Positions 1 through 9,397 of a stretch of 64,000 bases of DNA are shown one piece after another (within the stretch, counting starts at the first letter, position 1; each line of letters starts with the position of its first letter). Under the pieces are notes generated by a model. It made no database searches and had not been told where the DNA came from. It was given only the letters and a program-made list of their open reading frames with translations. The DNA is taken from positions 26,317 to 90,316 of the forward strand of contig JBOFFX010000018.1 in NCBI GenBank assembly GCA_051648825.1. Reading direction: 5' to 3'. The DNA is from Spirochaetia bacterium (GTDB lineage: Bacteria > Spirochaetota > Spirochaetia > WRBN01). The position numbers and the translations under genes are program-made.

Positions 1-1
1 G

Positions 2-1117
2 CTAGGCATAGTAATGTGCTAAAAAATCTTTTTTGAATGCCAAAAATCGGTTTTGACGAATAGCATCTCGTGCATTTTCTAGAAATTGAGCCATAAAGGT
101 AAGATTGTGCTCTGTTAATAGTGTCAGTGCATTAATCTCACCCGTACGCACCAAGTGACGTATATACGCACGGCTATATCGCTGGCAAGCATGGCAGGGG
201 CAGTCCTCTTGAATCGGGCGCATGTCATGAGTAAATCGCTCAGCCTTCATCACCATCAATCCATGCGGTGTCATTGCAGACCCATTGCGTGCAATACGTG
301 TAGGATATACACAATCAAACATATCTACTCCATGTTCAATTGTCTCTAGAATATAATCAGGAGTCCCAATCCCCATCACATACTTGGGTTTCTCAAATGG
401 CAAAAGTGGTGCTGTAAATGCAATAAAATCGCTAAAAGCACTCTTTTCTTCTCCCACAGACAGTCCCCCAATCGCATAGCCTGGCAAATCGAGTGCTGCC
501 AGTTCTTGCGCACAGATCTCGCGTAATTTATGGTAAAAGTTCCCCTGTACTATGCCAAAGAGCTGCCCTTTTTGTGGCCCTGCCAACCATTGTGTTTGGC
601 ATCGTTTTGCCCAGGCAATTGTTGCCATTGTTGCAGAATAAGCCTTTTGTTCACTCAGCTGAGGCGGGGTACATTGATCCAGTGCCATATAAATGTCACT
701 AGCAATGATCTCTTGCGCCTGAATGGTCGATTCGGGTGAAAAAAAATGGTAAGATCCATCTATGTGGCTCCTAAATTTGACGCCCTCATCTGTAAATTTG
801 CGAAAAGGTGCAAGTGAAAAGAACTGAAACCCTCCAGAGTCCGTCAAAAAATTGTAGGGCCACGTACTAAAATCTCTTAGCCCCCCTGCTTTTTTTAACA
901 AATCTAAACCAGGGCGCAAATACAAATGATAGGTATTTCCCAAGATAAGTCGATAACCTAGCTCTTCCATTTTTTGGTGACTAATGCCCCGCATGGCACC
1001 CAATGTCCCCACGGGCATAAACACTGGCGTCTCCACAGGCCCCTTGGGCAAATTTAAAACCCCAGTACGGGCCGTGCCATCCGTATGTGTCACTTCAAAA
1101 AATGGCTTGTGTTTCAT
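2..1117 (-). CDS. tgt: tRNA-guanine transglycosylase (queuine tRNA-ribosyltransferase)
   Basis: 371 aa ORF with Tgt hallmarks GGLSVGE and DCVYPTR and the zinc site CPCHACQRYSRAYIRHL. The stop codon is at 2-4, so the gene is complete in the window. Confidence 0.95.
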   Translation of the reverse strand: MKHKPFFEVTHTDGTARTGVLNLPKGPVETPVFMPVGTLGAMRGISHQKMEELGYRLILGNTYHLYLRPGLDLLKKAGGLRDFSTWPYNFLTDSGGFQFFSLAPFRKFTDEGVKFRSHIDGSYHFFSPESTIQAQEIIASDIYMALDQCTPPQLSEQKAYSATMATIAWAKRCQTQWLAGPQKGQLFGIVQGNFYHKLREICAQELAALDLPGYAIGGLSVGEEKSAFSDFIAFTAPLLPFEKPKYVMGIGTPDYILETIEHGVDMFDCVYPTRIARNGSAMTPHGLMVMKAERFTHDMRPIQEDCPCHACQRYSRAYIRHLVRTGEINALTLLTEHNLTFMAQFLENARDAIRQNRFLAFKKDFLAHYYA

Positions 1118-2520
1118 GCTGATGATGCCTCTCTATTTTCATCAGTTTTTTCTATGGTTGCTTCTCTCTCATTTTGGTTGATAAAAGGCGCTGTGTGCTG
1201 TTCTAATTGGCCGTCACTAATATAGCGCGCAATGGCACGGGCGTAAGCGTGTGCATATTCGGGTGGATTGTCGCTATATCCAAAAAATGCCATGACCAAA
1301 TCTCGCTGTGATGACACATACAATCCCTGACTATTAATACCCAGTTTGAGCATATCTCCGTCATCAAAAATCATATCCCACTGATGGGCGCCATAGGTGG
1401 GCACGTCTCCTTTTCCAAAACCTACATCACCCTCTTCAAAGTCACCCAACCAATTCACCAGTTCAAAAAAGTATCGCAAATCTGGGCGGTTTTCTTTACT
1501 GCTGAGATCACTCCAATACCGATCGCTGATGAGTGGAGAGGGTGAAACCATGTGCCAACTGGGTGTATAAATCATTCCATAACGCCCTAAATCGCGCAGT
1601 GTAGAAATCATAAATCCCAACCCACCACTGACGGGCTGACCCTGCCCCATGTTAACCCCAAACATCCCTATGGCAGCATCATGCTCCATCCCCAAATTTG
1701 TCCAAAGCCTTTGTGTCAAAAAATCTGCAAACGGCTGATTCAGCACCTTCTCTATGACCATCGTCAAAACCATGGTGTCTGTAGAGGCATAGATAAATTT
1801 CTCCCCAGGAGGATTAACGCGGGGTAATAGTCGAAAGGATTTGTATAATTTGGGGCTAAATGCAAGTTTTTGAAAACGAAAATAGGGCAAAAATTGGCCA
1901 AAAGTTTGATCTCCACTCAAAACCCCACTGCCCATATTTATTAATGACTTCAATGGCGAACGACCATAGGCTGTTTTCTTATATTCTGGCAGATAGTCTT
2001 CAACATTTTTGGAAAGATCAATACGCCCCTCATCTTGCATCGTATACAATGCCCAACCCACCAATGTCTTTGTCAGTGACATCCACCCGTGATACTGAAA
2101 GTCTTGCATTTTATTATAGTTTTCATAAATAATCTTGCCCTGATGTATGACCAAAAACCCCTGATTAGAGGATTTGCCAATAAAATCCTCTAGACTCAAA
2201 ATCCCAAAATGTGGTGTCTTCATCACAATTTTTCCAATCTCAGGATTGAGGCTTTCTTCCAAAGTATTAATTTTGCCCTGGCGATAAATCGGGGTGACAT
2301 TGATGAATTCTGTCAAATGGGTCAGGGTATACTTATTGTTATGCACAAGAAGATCATTAATATTAAAATCTTTGTGGTAATAAACTTGCTCTTTGTATGT
2401 ATACATTCCTGTATTTTCTAAGGACTCTGGCCCATCTTCAAAGTGTAAGAATCCACTCAAAAGTATGATGGGCAAAAAGAGAAAACTCCATTGTGTGCCC
2501 TTTTTTTTCTTTCCTTTCAT
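1114..2520 (-). CDS. secreted serine hydrolase, beta-lactamase/transpeptidase-like fold (paralog A)
   Basis: 468 aa with an N-terminal hydrophobic signal-like segment. SxxK motif SLTK lies in HGWMSLTKTLVGWA. Long blocks are shared with the next ORF (SSNQGFLVIH, STLRDLGRYG, PPEY.HAYARAIARY). Its stop overlaps the tgt start by 4 nt. Confidence 0.7.
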   Translation of the reverse strand: MKGKKKKGTQWSFLFLPIILLSGFLHFEDGPESLENTGMYTYKEQVYYHKDFNINDLLVHNNKYTLTHLTEFINVTPIYRQGKINTLEESLNPEIGKIVMKTPHFGILSLEDFIGKSSNQGFLVIHQGKIIYENYNKMQDFQYHGWMSLTKTLVGWALYTMQDEGRIDLSKNVEDYLPEYKKTAYGRSPLKSLINMGSGVLSGDQTFGQFLPYFRFQKLAFSPKLYKSFRLLPRVNPPGEKFIYASTDTMVLTMVIEKVLNQPFADFLTQRLWTNLGMEHDAAIGMFGVNMGQGQPVSGGLGFMISTLRDLGRYGMIYTPSWHMVSPSPLISDRYWSDLSSKENRPDLRYFFELVNWLGDFEEGDVGFGKGDVPTYGAHQWDMIFDDGDMLKLGINSQGLYVSSQRDLVMAFFGYSDNPPEYAHAYARAIARYISDGQLEQHTAPFINQNEREATIEKTDENREASSA

Positions 2521-2576
2521 CTTGTCTATGTAACAACTCCCTCATGCAAAAAAATAAATCTCTGTCCCTTTTTTAA

Positions 2577-3935
2577 TTATGTCAAAGGTGTATGACTAGC
2601 AACTGTTTCTTGCATTTTCCATTCATGCTGGTTGAGATTTCCGTCCACAAAATAGCGCGCAATGGCACGCGCATAGGCATGTGGATACTCTGGGGGACGA
2701 TCATCATAGCCAAAATATGCTATCACAAGATCTTTGCCAGGAGAGACATAGAGCCCCTGACTATTAAACCCAAATTTAAACATATCCCCATCGGCAAAAA
2801 TCATATCCCATTGGCTCGCACCATACAAAGGAATATCATCTTTGCCAAAACCCACATCCCCTGGATCAAAGTCTTGTGGATTTGTGCGCAACATGAGATA
2901 CTTTTCGTTATTGGGCTTGCCAGCAGGGTCTTTAATGTATTGTAAAAATTCATCCGAAACCAAATCTTCTTTAAAAAGATCTTTAGCACTAGGGGTATAG
3001 ATAAGCCCATAACGCCCCAAATCTCTGAGTGTGGACATCATTAGCCCTGTGCCCCCACCCACGGGGACACCCTGACCCATAGAAATACCAAATACACCTA
3101 ATAATGCATCATGCTCAGCACCAATTTTAAACCATAAATTGTGGCTCAAAAAATCATTAAATGGCCTATCCGTCACAGCTTCAATCACCATGGTTAATAG
3201 CATGGAATTGACCGTAGAATATACATATTCCTTGCCTTGAGTCCCAGTAGACGGAAGAATTTTCATTTGGCTTTGAAATGATGGTGCAAAAAGTGTATTA
3301 CGAAAACGAATATATGGTGCAAGCCTGTTAAAAAAATCATCATTAGCAAAAATGCCACTACTCATATCAAGTAGATTTCTTAATGTTACCCTGCCATATG
3401 CGCTTTTTTTATATTCTGGCAAATAGTCTGCTACTGTCTTAGAAAGGTCTAGTACCCCCTTTGATTCTAAAAACTCAGCCGCCCAGCCTACCAGTGTTTT
3501 TGACATAGATAGCCAGCCATGATACTGATAGTCTGCCATTTTGTCATAACGTTCAAAAATAATTTTTCCTTTGTGTATGACCAAAAACCCCTGATTGGAT
3601 GACTGTGAAATAAAATCACCCAAAGAGAGTGTTCCATAGCGTGGGGTACGCATCACAATATTGGCAATATTGTGATTTTGTTGATATTCAAGATCGGTAA
3701 TCTGCCCCCGCCGATATACGGGTGCTGTATTCACCAACATACTTAAATGAGTAAATGTGTAGTTTGTATATGCATAAGGAAGGTCATTCAAGTTATAATT
3801 TTTGTGATAAAATCGCTGTTCTTGATAGGTGTAGTGCCCAGTATTTTTCAAACTTTCTGGGCCTTTTTCAAAGCGGTGAAAACTGCCCGTGTTCAAAAAA
3901 ATAGGCAAGAAAAAAAATAAGGTGCGTTTTGACAT
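2577..3935 (-). CDS. secreted serine hydrolase, beta-lactamase/transpeptidase-like fold (paralog B)
   Basis: 452 aa with a signal-like N-terminus. SxxK motif SMSK lies in HGWLSMSKTLVGWA. Alignable by eye over its full length with ORF 1114..2520. Confidence 0.7.
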   Translation of the reverse strand: MSKRTLFFFLPIFLNTGSFHRFEKGPESLKNTGHYTYQEQRFYHKNYNLNDLPYAYTNYTFTHLSMLVNTAPVYRRGQITDLEYQQNHNIANIVMRTPRYGTLSLGDFISQSSNQGFLVIHKGKIIFERYDKMADYQYHGWLSMSKTLVGWAAEFLESKGVLDLSKTVADYLPEYKKSAYGRVTLRNLLDMSSGIFANDDFFNRLAPYIRFRNTLFAPSFQSQMKILPSTGTQGKEYVYSTVNSMLLTMVIEAVTDRPFNDFLSHNLWFKIGAEHDALLGVFGISMGQGVPVGGGTGLMMSTLRDLGRYGLIYTPSAKDLFKEDLVSDEFLQYIKDPAGKPNNEKYLMLRTNPQDFDPGDVGFGKDDIPLYGASQWDMIFADGDMFKFGFNSQGLYVSPGKDLVIAYFGYDDRPPEYPHAYARAIARYFVDGNLNQHEWKMQETVASHTPLT

Positions 3936-4046
3936 TCTACCAAATGGTCTCCTTTAGACAAAAATCATTCAAAATTATAGTCAATCTCTTATATTATAGC
4001 AAGTGACCATGATGATTGAGATATTTTTGTGCGGCCTTGATATAAT

Positions 4047-4076
4047 AAAAAAACCCCCGAGAATACGGGGGTTTTT
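4047..4076. terminator. rho-independent, bidirectional-looking terminator
   Basis: Stem cccccg (4054-4059) pairs with cggggg (4066-4071) around a 6-nt loop, flanked by an A-run and a T-run (aaaaaaacccccgagaatacgggggttttt). It lies 29 nt downstream of the minus-strand OMP gene stop. Confidence 0.8.
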
Positions 4077-4104
4077 GACTACTTTTTCTTTTAGTAAAAA
4101 AATT

Positions 4105-4983
4105 TTACTTAGAAAAATCGAATGCATAACTGACACCAGCAATTGTCTGGAAGACAATCTGTGGATCGTTATTTCTGTTCTTGATTGCAGGAGTAGATGC
4201 TCCAGCCAATCCAAATGCACTCAAGCGAAGTTGCGCAAAGAATGACCATCCATCAATGGAGTAAGCGAGTGTGTTGTTCCAACGCAGCTCAAGAGAAGCG
4301 AGAGGATCAAACTCAACAGAAGCCCAACCATTCCAGGAGTTTGCATTAAAGCGGACCTGACCACTGGTAGAGAAAGAAAGCCCCTCAATGATGCCAACAC
4401 TATAGGTAACCCACAGCCCAAAATAGTCAACAACGTAGATAGGTGCACCACCAGCACCAGTCAAAGAATTGCCTGTGTTTCTGTCGGGGTTTCCATACCA
4501 GGAGTTTCCTGTGATGAAGATTTCCAAATCTGCACCCACGGCAATAGATCCTGCAGCGCCAAAGGAGTGTCCATAACTTGTGTAGGCACCCAAAAGTCCA
4601 CGGCTATCTAGCAATACCATGATATAGGGCAATGAAATCCATACGTTTGCACGAATATCACCACTATTGTCTGGGGCATTTCCAATAAAATCCCCATTGC
4701 CATCATACGCATTATTGGGGTTTGTCACCCATTTGAGAGTTCCCCCCATTGTGATCCATGGGACACTCTTGAAGTTTTGTGAGTAACGAATACCCATCTC
4801 TACTTCACTCCCCTCAAAAAGTTGGTCACGAGACTCAACCCCACTTTTTGTAGGTGCCAGCTGCCCAGAAGTTGCATCAATATAGAACCCTAAGCCGCGG
4901 TTTTGTTTCACTTCTTCTTGGGACCAAATCATATTGGTCGCAACAAAGAACAGCACAAGTGTTAAGGATAAAACCTTTTTCAT
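4105..4983 (-). CDS. putative outer-membrane beta-barrel protein (unknown family)
   Basis: The signal peptide MKKVLSLTLVLFFVATNMIWSQ starts at the ATG at 4983, with GGAGG 5 nt upstream. The ORF-track start at 4995 is a TTG upstream of that RBS. The sequence has alternating Gly/aromatic-rich strands and the C-terminal segment SYAFDFSK. Confidence 0.5.
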   Translation of the reverse strand: MKKVLSLTLVLFFVATNMIWSQEEVKQNRGLGFYIDATSGQLAPTKSGVESRDQLFEGSEVEMGIRYSQNFKSVPWITMGGTLKWVTNPNNAYDGNGDFIGNAPDNSGDIRANVWISLPYIMVLLDSRGLLGAYTSYGHSFGAAGSIAVGADLEIFITGNSWYGNPDRNTGNSLTGAGGAPIYVVDYFGLWVTYSVGIIEGLSFSTSGQVRFNANSWNGWASVEFDPLASLELRWNNTLAYSIDGWSFFAQLRLSAFGLAGASTPAIKNRNNDPQIVFQTIAGVSYAFDFSK

Positions 4984-5255
4984 AAGAACCTCCAATGTTT
5001 TTTAATATGTAGACATTGTATTACGGGTTTTCAAAATTTGCCAAGTTAAATTTTGAAATATTTTTACACAATTGACTATATTTGTCAAAAATAGACTTTT
5101 GGACATAAATTTAGAAAAATACCCACCTTTTAGCCATTAAAATACATCGTTGATATCCATATTTATTTTAAAACTACTGTTCTCCCATATTTTTTGTAGC
5201 GTCAGTTGCACCAATGCCTAGAAATTTTTCTTGATCATCTCTAGAATTAGCTACA

Positions 5256-6023
5256 ATGAATCGCCCAGTTTTATTCAAAAAATATCCTATTGCCATGATC
5301 TTGGCACTCCTGATTGCCATTATTGGGTACTTCTTTGATGCACACACAGCCAAGCCTTCTGGGCTAGAATTACCTACTCCTGTACAAGGAGATCATCAAG
5401 TAGTCCACGGGGACGGATACTCACTTCAATATTCTGAAGCGCATGAACAGGCCCTATGGGTAGCTTATACATTGACCCACAAGAGTGTGCTGGGAACCGC
5501 TAAAAGAAAAGATAATTTTCGCACAGATCCACGCATTAAAACAGGATCAGCCTCTCCGGAAGACTACACCAATAGTGGCTACGACAGGGGCCACCTTGCC
5601 CCAGCAGCAGACATGAAAGCTTCACAAAAAATGATGGACGAGTCTTTTTATATGTCCAATATCTCTCCTCAAATCCCTGCATTTAACCGTGGCGTATGGG
5701 CCAAACTAGAAGCCTGGGCCCGCACTCAAACAAGTGAAAACACCCCTCTCTATATCGTGACAGGGCCCATCCTTGATGCAGAGAAAACATACAAAACCAT
5801 TGGATCCAACACGGTAGCTGTGCCAGAATATTTTTATAAAGTTATACTAAGAACTATTGATGGCCAATATTCTGGCATTGCATATATTTTGCCAAATCAG
5901 GCCCAGGATCACTTTGAATTTTTTGCAACATCTATCAATGAGGTAGAGAGGCGAACTGGCATTGATTTCTTTCCGGGGCTTCCAGATGATATTGAAGAGA
6001 TTATTGAGGATCAATCACACTAA
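5256..6023 (+). CDS. DNA/RNA non-specific endonuclease (Serratia NucA / EndA family), membrane-anchored or secreted
   Basis: 255 aa. An N-terminal hydrophobic helix is followed by the catalytic DRGHLAP block and the downstream SNISPQ Asn block typical of the beta-beta-alpha-Me DRGH nucleases. Confidence 0.85.
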   Translation: MNRPVLFKKYPIAMILALLIAIIGYFFDAHTAKPSGLELPTPVQGDHQVVHGDGYSLQYSEAHEQALWVAYTLTHKSVLGTAKRKDNFRTDPRIKTGSASPEDYTNSGYDRGHLAPAADMKASQKMMDESFYMSNISPQIPAFNRGVWAKLEAWARTQTSENTPLYIVTGPILDAEKTYKTIGSNTVAVPEYFYKVILRTIDGQYSGIAYILPNQAQDHFEFFATSINEVERRTGIDFFPGLPDDIEEIIEDQSH

Positions 6024-6123
6024 ACCTCATCTTTAAAAAAAATTAAATAAATATATTTGCCAAAAAGACACAACGTGATTAAACTTAATGATGTAGAATT
6101 ATCATTATCGGGAGAATGTACAT

Positions 6124-6579
6124 ATGTCTTTAGAATACATTAAGAAAGAAGTACAAAAGGAAATTGAAGCTGTGAGGGTCTTTATTGAACTCGCTATTTT
6201 GGCCCAGCAAGCAGGACATGAGAAAGCTGCTCAGTTTTTTTTGGCAGAGGCAAAAGAAGATTGTGAACATGCATTTTTGTATGCTACAGAGCTAGATAAG
6301 CATCATGTGCCCTCCAAGTCAGACAAAAATATTGTAGACATTACAGACACATATCATCAGCTAGAAGCGGGTGCAATTGAACGCATTGAAGCAATGTATA
6401 AAGATGCAAAAAACAAAGAAATGGCTTCTCTTGTTCCCTTTATCAATGAGATGATGTCCAAGCATTCTGCAGATTGCTATAGGGCCAAAAAACTATTGCA
6501 AAAAATTGAGGTTTTATTTCCTACAGGGGCTTTGTGCGATATTGAGTCCTTATTTGAAGAGGCCACACAAGCAGAATAA
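6124..6579 (+). CDS. small all-helical protein, ferritin/rubrerythrin-like four-helix-bundle candidate (function uncertain)
   Basis: 151 aa, with GGGAGA upstream of the ATG. It is rich in A/E/K/L. AEAKEDCEHAF resembles the ExxH helix of ferritin-like proteins, but the second-half motif is degenerate. Confidence 0.35.
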   Translation: MSLEYIKKEVQKEIEAVRVFIELAILAQQAGHEKAAQFFLAEAKEDCEHAFLYATELDKHHVPSKSDKNIVDITDTYHQLEAGAIERIEAMYKDAKNKEMASLVPFINEMMSKHSADCYRAKKLLQKIEVLFPTGALCDIESLFEEATQAE

Positions 6580-6583
6580 GCAC

Positions 6584-7393
6584 TCACTTGTCTTTGGCAA
6601 TATTGCAGTGATACACACAGCTATAAGGAATGCACAGGGGTGTTTTAAAAATAGGATCCTCAATAATCGTATTATCAATATTGAAAATATGTTTCACATT
6701 TTCCTCTGTCATCACCTCTTGTGGGGATCCATGTGCATAGATATTTTGATTGGCCATCGCGATGAGGATATCGCCATATCGTGCGGCCAGGTTCAAATCG
6801 TGTAATACCATGATAATCGTGCGATTTTTTTTTCTGTTTAGCAAGTGTAACAAATCTAAAACCTCTATCTGATGTGCAATATCCAAATAGGTGATCGGTT
6901 CATCCAACAAAATAACCTCTGTCTCTTGTGCCAAAACCATCGCAATCCATGCCCGCTGGCGTTGTCCACCCGATAGTTCATCCAGTTTTTGATCCCGCAT
7001 TTGCATCAATCCTGTATCTTTGAGCGCATGCAAGACAATTTCCTCATCTTTTTCTGTCCATTGCTGAAATAAATTTTGATGAGGATAGCGTCCCTGTTTA
7101 ACCAAGTCTATAATTGTGAGACCCTGGGGGCACTGACACGCCTGTGGTAGAATTGAGAGCTTTTTTGCCAGAGCTTTTGTTTTTATTCTGGCAATATCCT
7201 CTCCATCCAAAACAATATGGCCTTTTTCTGGTGTAATCAAGCGTGCAATTGAGCGCAAAAGTGTAGATTTTCCACAGCCATTACTGCCAATCAGCATTGT
7301 CATCTTTGCATCTAAAATTTCAATATCTAATGTATCAATGACCTTTTTACTTCCATAAGAAAAAGAGAAATTTTCTACTTTAATCCCCGGCAT
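6584..7393 (-). CDS. ABC transporter ATP-binding protein, iron-siderophore/heme/B12 (FepC/FecE) type
   Basis: 269 aa with Walker A GSNGCGKST, signature LSGGQRQR and Walker B ILLDEP. It is the last gene of the Ton-linked uptake operon. Confidence 0.9.
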   Translation of the reverse strand: MPGIKVENFSFSYGSKKVIDTLDIEILDAKMTMLIGSNGCGKSTLLRSIARLITPEKGHIVLDGEDIARIKTKALAKKLSILPQACQCPQGLTIIDLVKQGRYPHQNLFQQWTEKDEEIVLHALKDTGLMQMRDQKLDELSGGQRQRAWIAMVLAQETEVILLDEPITYLDIAHQIEVLDLLHLLNRKKNRTIIMVLHDLNLAARYGDILIAMANQNIYAHGSPQEVMTEENVKHIFNIDNTIIEDPIFKTPLCIPYSCVYHCNIAKDK

Positions 7394-7397
7394 TGTT

Positions 7398-8417
7398 TTA
7401 TCCTTTTTTAGTTCTTAATAAAATATACAAAAAGTATGGGGCTCCCATAAGCGTAGTAAAGACCCCCAACGGGTACTCAAAGGGGGGCAAAATGCCCCTT
7501 CCTAGCAAATCGCCTATCACAGTGAGAATTCCTCCTATCACAAAAGACATGGGGAGAATTAGGTTATAGTTATAGGAAATTAATTTACGTGCACAATGTG
7601 GCCCAATTAACCCTACAAATCCGACAACTCCCACATAGGACGTTGCCAGTGCACCACACAACACCGCTACCACCAAAAGCAGCATGCGTTCACGCTTGAG
7701 ATGTCCCCCTAGGCTGATCACCAAATCGTCAGAAAGCGCATGAATCGCTAAAATTTTTGCTGTCCATGGCATACACAATGCCACAAGAAATACCCCTATA
7801 CCCAACACTTTAATATTTCCCCAACTACTTCCATAGGTGCTGCCTACTGTCCATATATAGAGGCTGGCCCCTGTAAATTCATTTGAAAAAAGCATGCTTG
7901 CTGTCACAATAGCACCCAAAAACGTATTAATTGCAATACCAATAAGAATCAGATTTAGGCTCGCTGTATGATTTCTCAAAAAGACTAAAAGAATTGCCAA
8001 TACCCCCAAGGATCCCATAAAAACAAAAATAGGCAAAAAATAATAGGGAAGAACAGCCGCAAAAAAAAATAAGTAACTGAAGGCCCCCAATGTTCCTCCA
8101 GTACTCATTCCCAATATATCAGGAGAGGCGAGAGGATTTTTGATTACAGCCTGTACAATACATCCAGAAACAGAGAGAATGCCCCCACATAAAATAGCTG
8201 TAATAATACGTGGAAGTCGCAACTGCCTCACAATGAATGCATTGGATGCACCTGGACTAAAAATGGCCCGCATCACATCTGTAAAGCCCATCTCTACCGA
8301 TCCAATCATGAGCGAAGAAATTCCCAAGGCCACAAGCAGTAATAGCCCCAACCATAAACACAGTAGATCCCTTTTTGGCAGCCTGCATGAAAAGATCTTA
8401 TTGCGCACAATTAACAT
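7398..8417 (-). CDS. ABC transporter permease, FecCD/BtuC family
   Basis: 339 aa polytopic membrane protein with typical FecCD blocks (LRLPRI, ASPD.LG, GPHC.R). Confidence 0.85.
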   Translation of the reverse strand: MLIVRNKIFSCRLPKRDLLCLWLGLLLLVALGISSLMIGSVEMGFTDVMRAIFSPGASNAFIVRQLRLPRIITAILCGGILSVSGCIVQAVIKNPLASPDILGMSTGGTLGAFSYLFFFAAVLPYYFLPIFVFMGSLGVLAILLVFLRNHTASLNLILIGIAINTFLGAIVTASMLFSNEFTGASLYIWTVGSTYGSSWGNIKVLGIGVFLVALCMPWTAKILAIHALSDDLVISLGGHLKRERMLLLVVAVLCGALATSYVGVVGFVGLIGPHCARKLISYNYNLILPMSFVIGGILTVIGDLLGRGILPPFEYPLGVFTTLMGAPYFLYILLRTKKG

Positions 8418-9397
8418 GCGAGCCTCTTTCTTCGTGCCAAATAAAGAAGAAATGGTGCTCCAATCACACTCATGGTCAACCCTATAGGCAAATCAATGTT
8501 TAAAGAAATAGCACGAGTAAAGATATCTGCTAGTAATAAAAAAATCGCACCAAAAATTGTAGAAAATGGGACTATCAAGCGATAATTTGGTCCAATAATC
8601 CTTTTTGTGAGGTGAGGAATAAGTAGTCCCAAAAAGCCTATAGCCCCCGCCATTGCCACAGACAGGCCTGCAAAAATAATAATGAGGACTGTAAAAATCG
8701 ATTTCCAAAAAAAGATATTTTGTCCTAGTGTTTTGGCAATATCTCTACCCAAAATAAAAGTATTAATTTGTCCTGATATCAAAATCGTCATAAAAACACA
8801 AATCCCCAAAAAAACTAAAATTCCAGAATTTGCTATCTGCTTGTCTACAAAAGAGCCAGTAATCCACATCAAGGCCTCTTGTGGGTCTCCCCCATTTCCA
8901 ATGATAGCCATAATAGTTAAAGAGGCAATAAAAGAGGTAAAAATTACCCCAACAAGAGTAACTCTGACTGGGTCATTTTTGCATAAATAGCTGGCAAAAA
9001 GAATCAATATCGCGGCACATGCACTACCCATAAGTGAAGACACAAAGATCCCCCCGCTTGAGGTTGTGTTTGTGAAAAAGAGGTTGAGAACAATGCCCAA
9101 ACTTGCTCCTGCATTAATCCCAAATAAACACGGCGAGGCCATGGGGTTGTTCATCAAAGACTGCACCAATACCCCAGAAAGCCCCAAACAAGCACCCACA
9201 ACAATGGCCATCACAGTTCTGGGAATACGCAGATTTGTAATAATCTGATGCATGCGATTTTCTGCATCAAAAGCAAACATCACCTCACCCAGTGATTGCA
9301 ATGAGTAGATATTGTGTCCATACAAAATACTTCCTATTGTACTAAGTAATAGCAGGAGCACAGAAAATCCAAATATGGCAGGGGTCTTTATTTTCAT
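8411..9397 (-). CDS. ABC transporter permease, FecCD/BtuC family
   Basis: 328 aa polytopic membrane protein (NLRIPRT, IGFLGLLIPHL). Overlaps the next permease gene by 7 nt. Confidence 0.85.
   Translation of the reverse strand: MKIKTPAIFGFSVLLLLLSTIGSILYGHNIYSLQSLGEVMFAFDAENRMHQIITNLRIPRTVMAIVVGACLGLSGVLVQSLMNNPMASPCLFGINAGASLGIVLNLFFTNTTSSGGIFVSSLMGSACAAILILFASYLCKNDPVRVTLVGVIFTSFIASLTIMAIIGNGGDPQEALMWITGSFVDKQIANSGILVFLGICVFMTILISGQINTFILGRDIAKTLGQNIFFWKSIFTVLIIIFAGLSVAMAGAIGFLGLLIPHLTKRIIGPNYRLIVPFSTIFGAIFLLLADIFTRAISLNIDLPIGLTMSVIGAPFLLYLARRKRLAC

Noticed and set aside
5030-5057. A 10-bp inverted repeat (ttcaaaattt-N8-aaattttgaa) upstream of the OMP gene, and TTGAC-N7-GTCAA about 30 nt further on.
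   Set aside because: Both are composed almost entirely of A/T within an AT-rich divergent promoter region, so a chance occurrence is plausible. Neither matches an operator I know.
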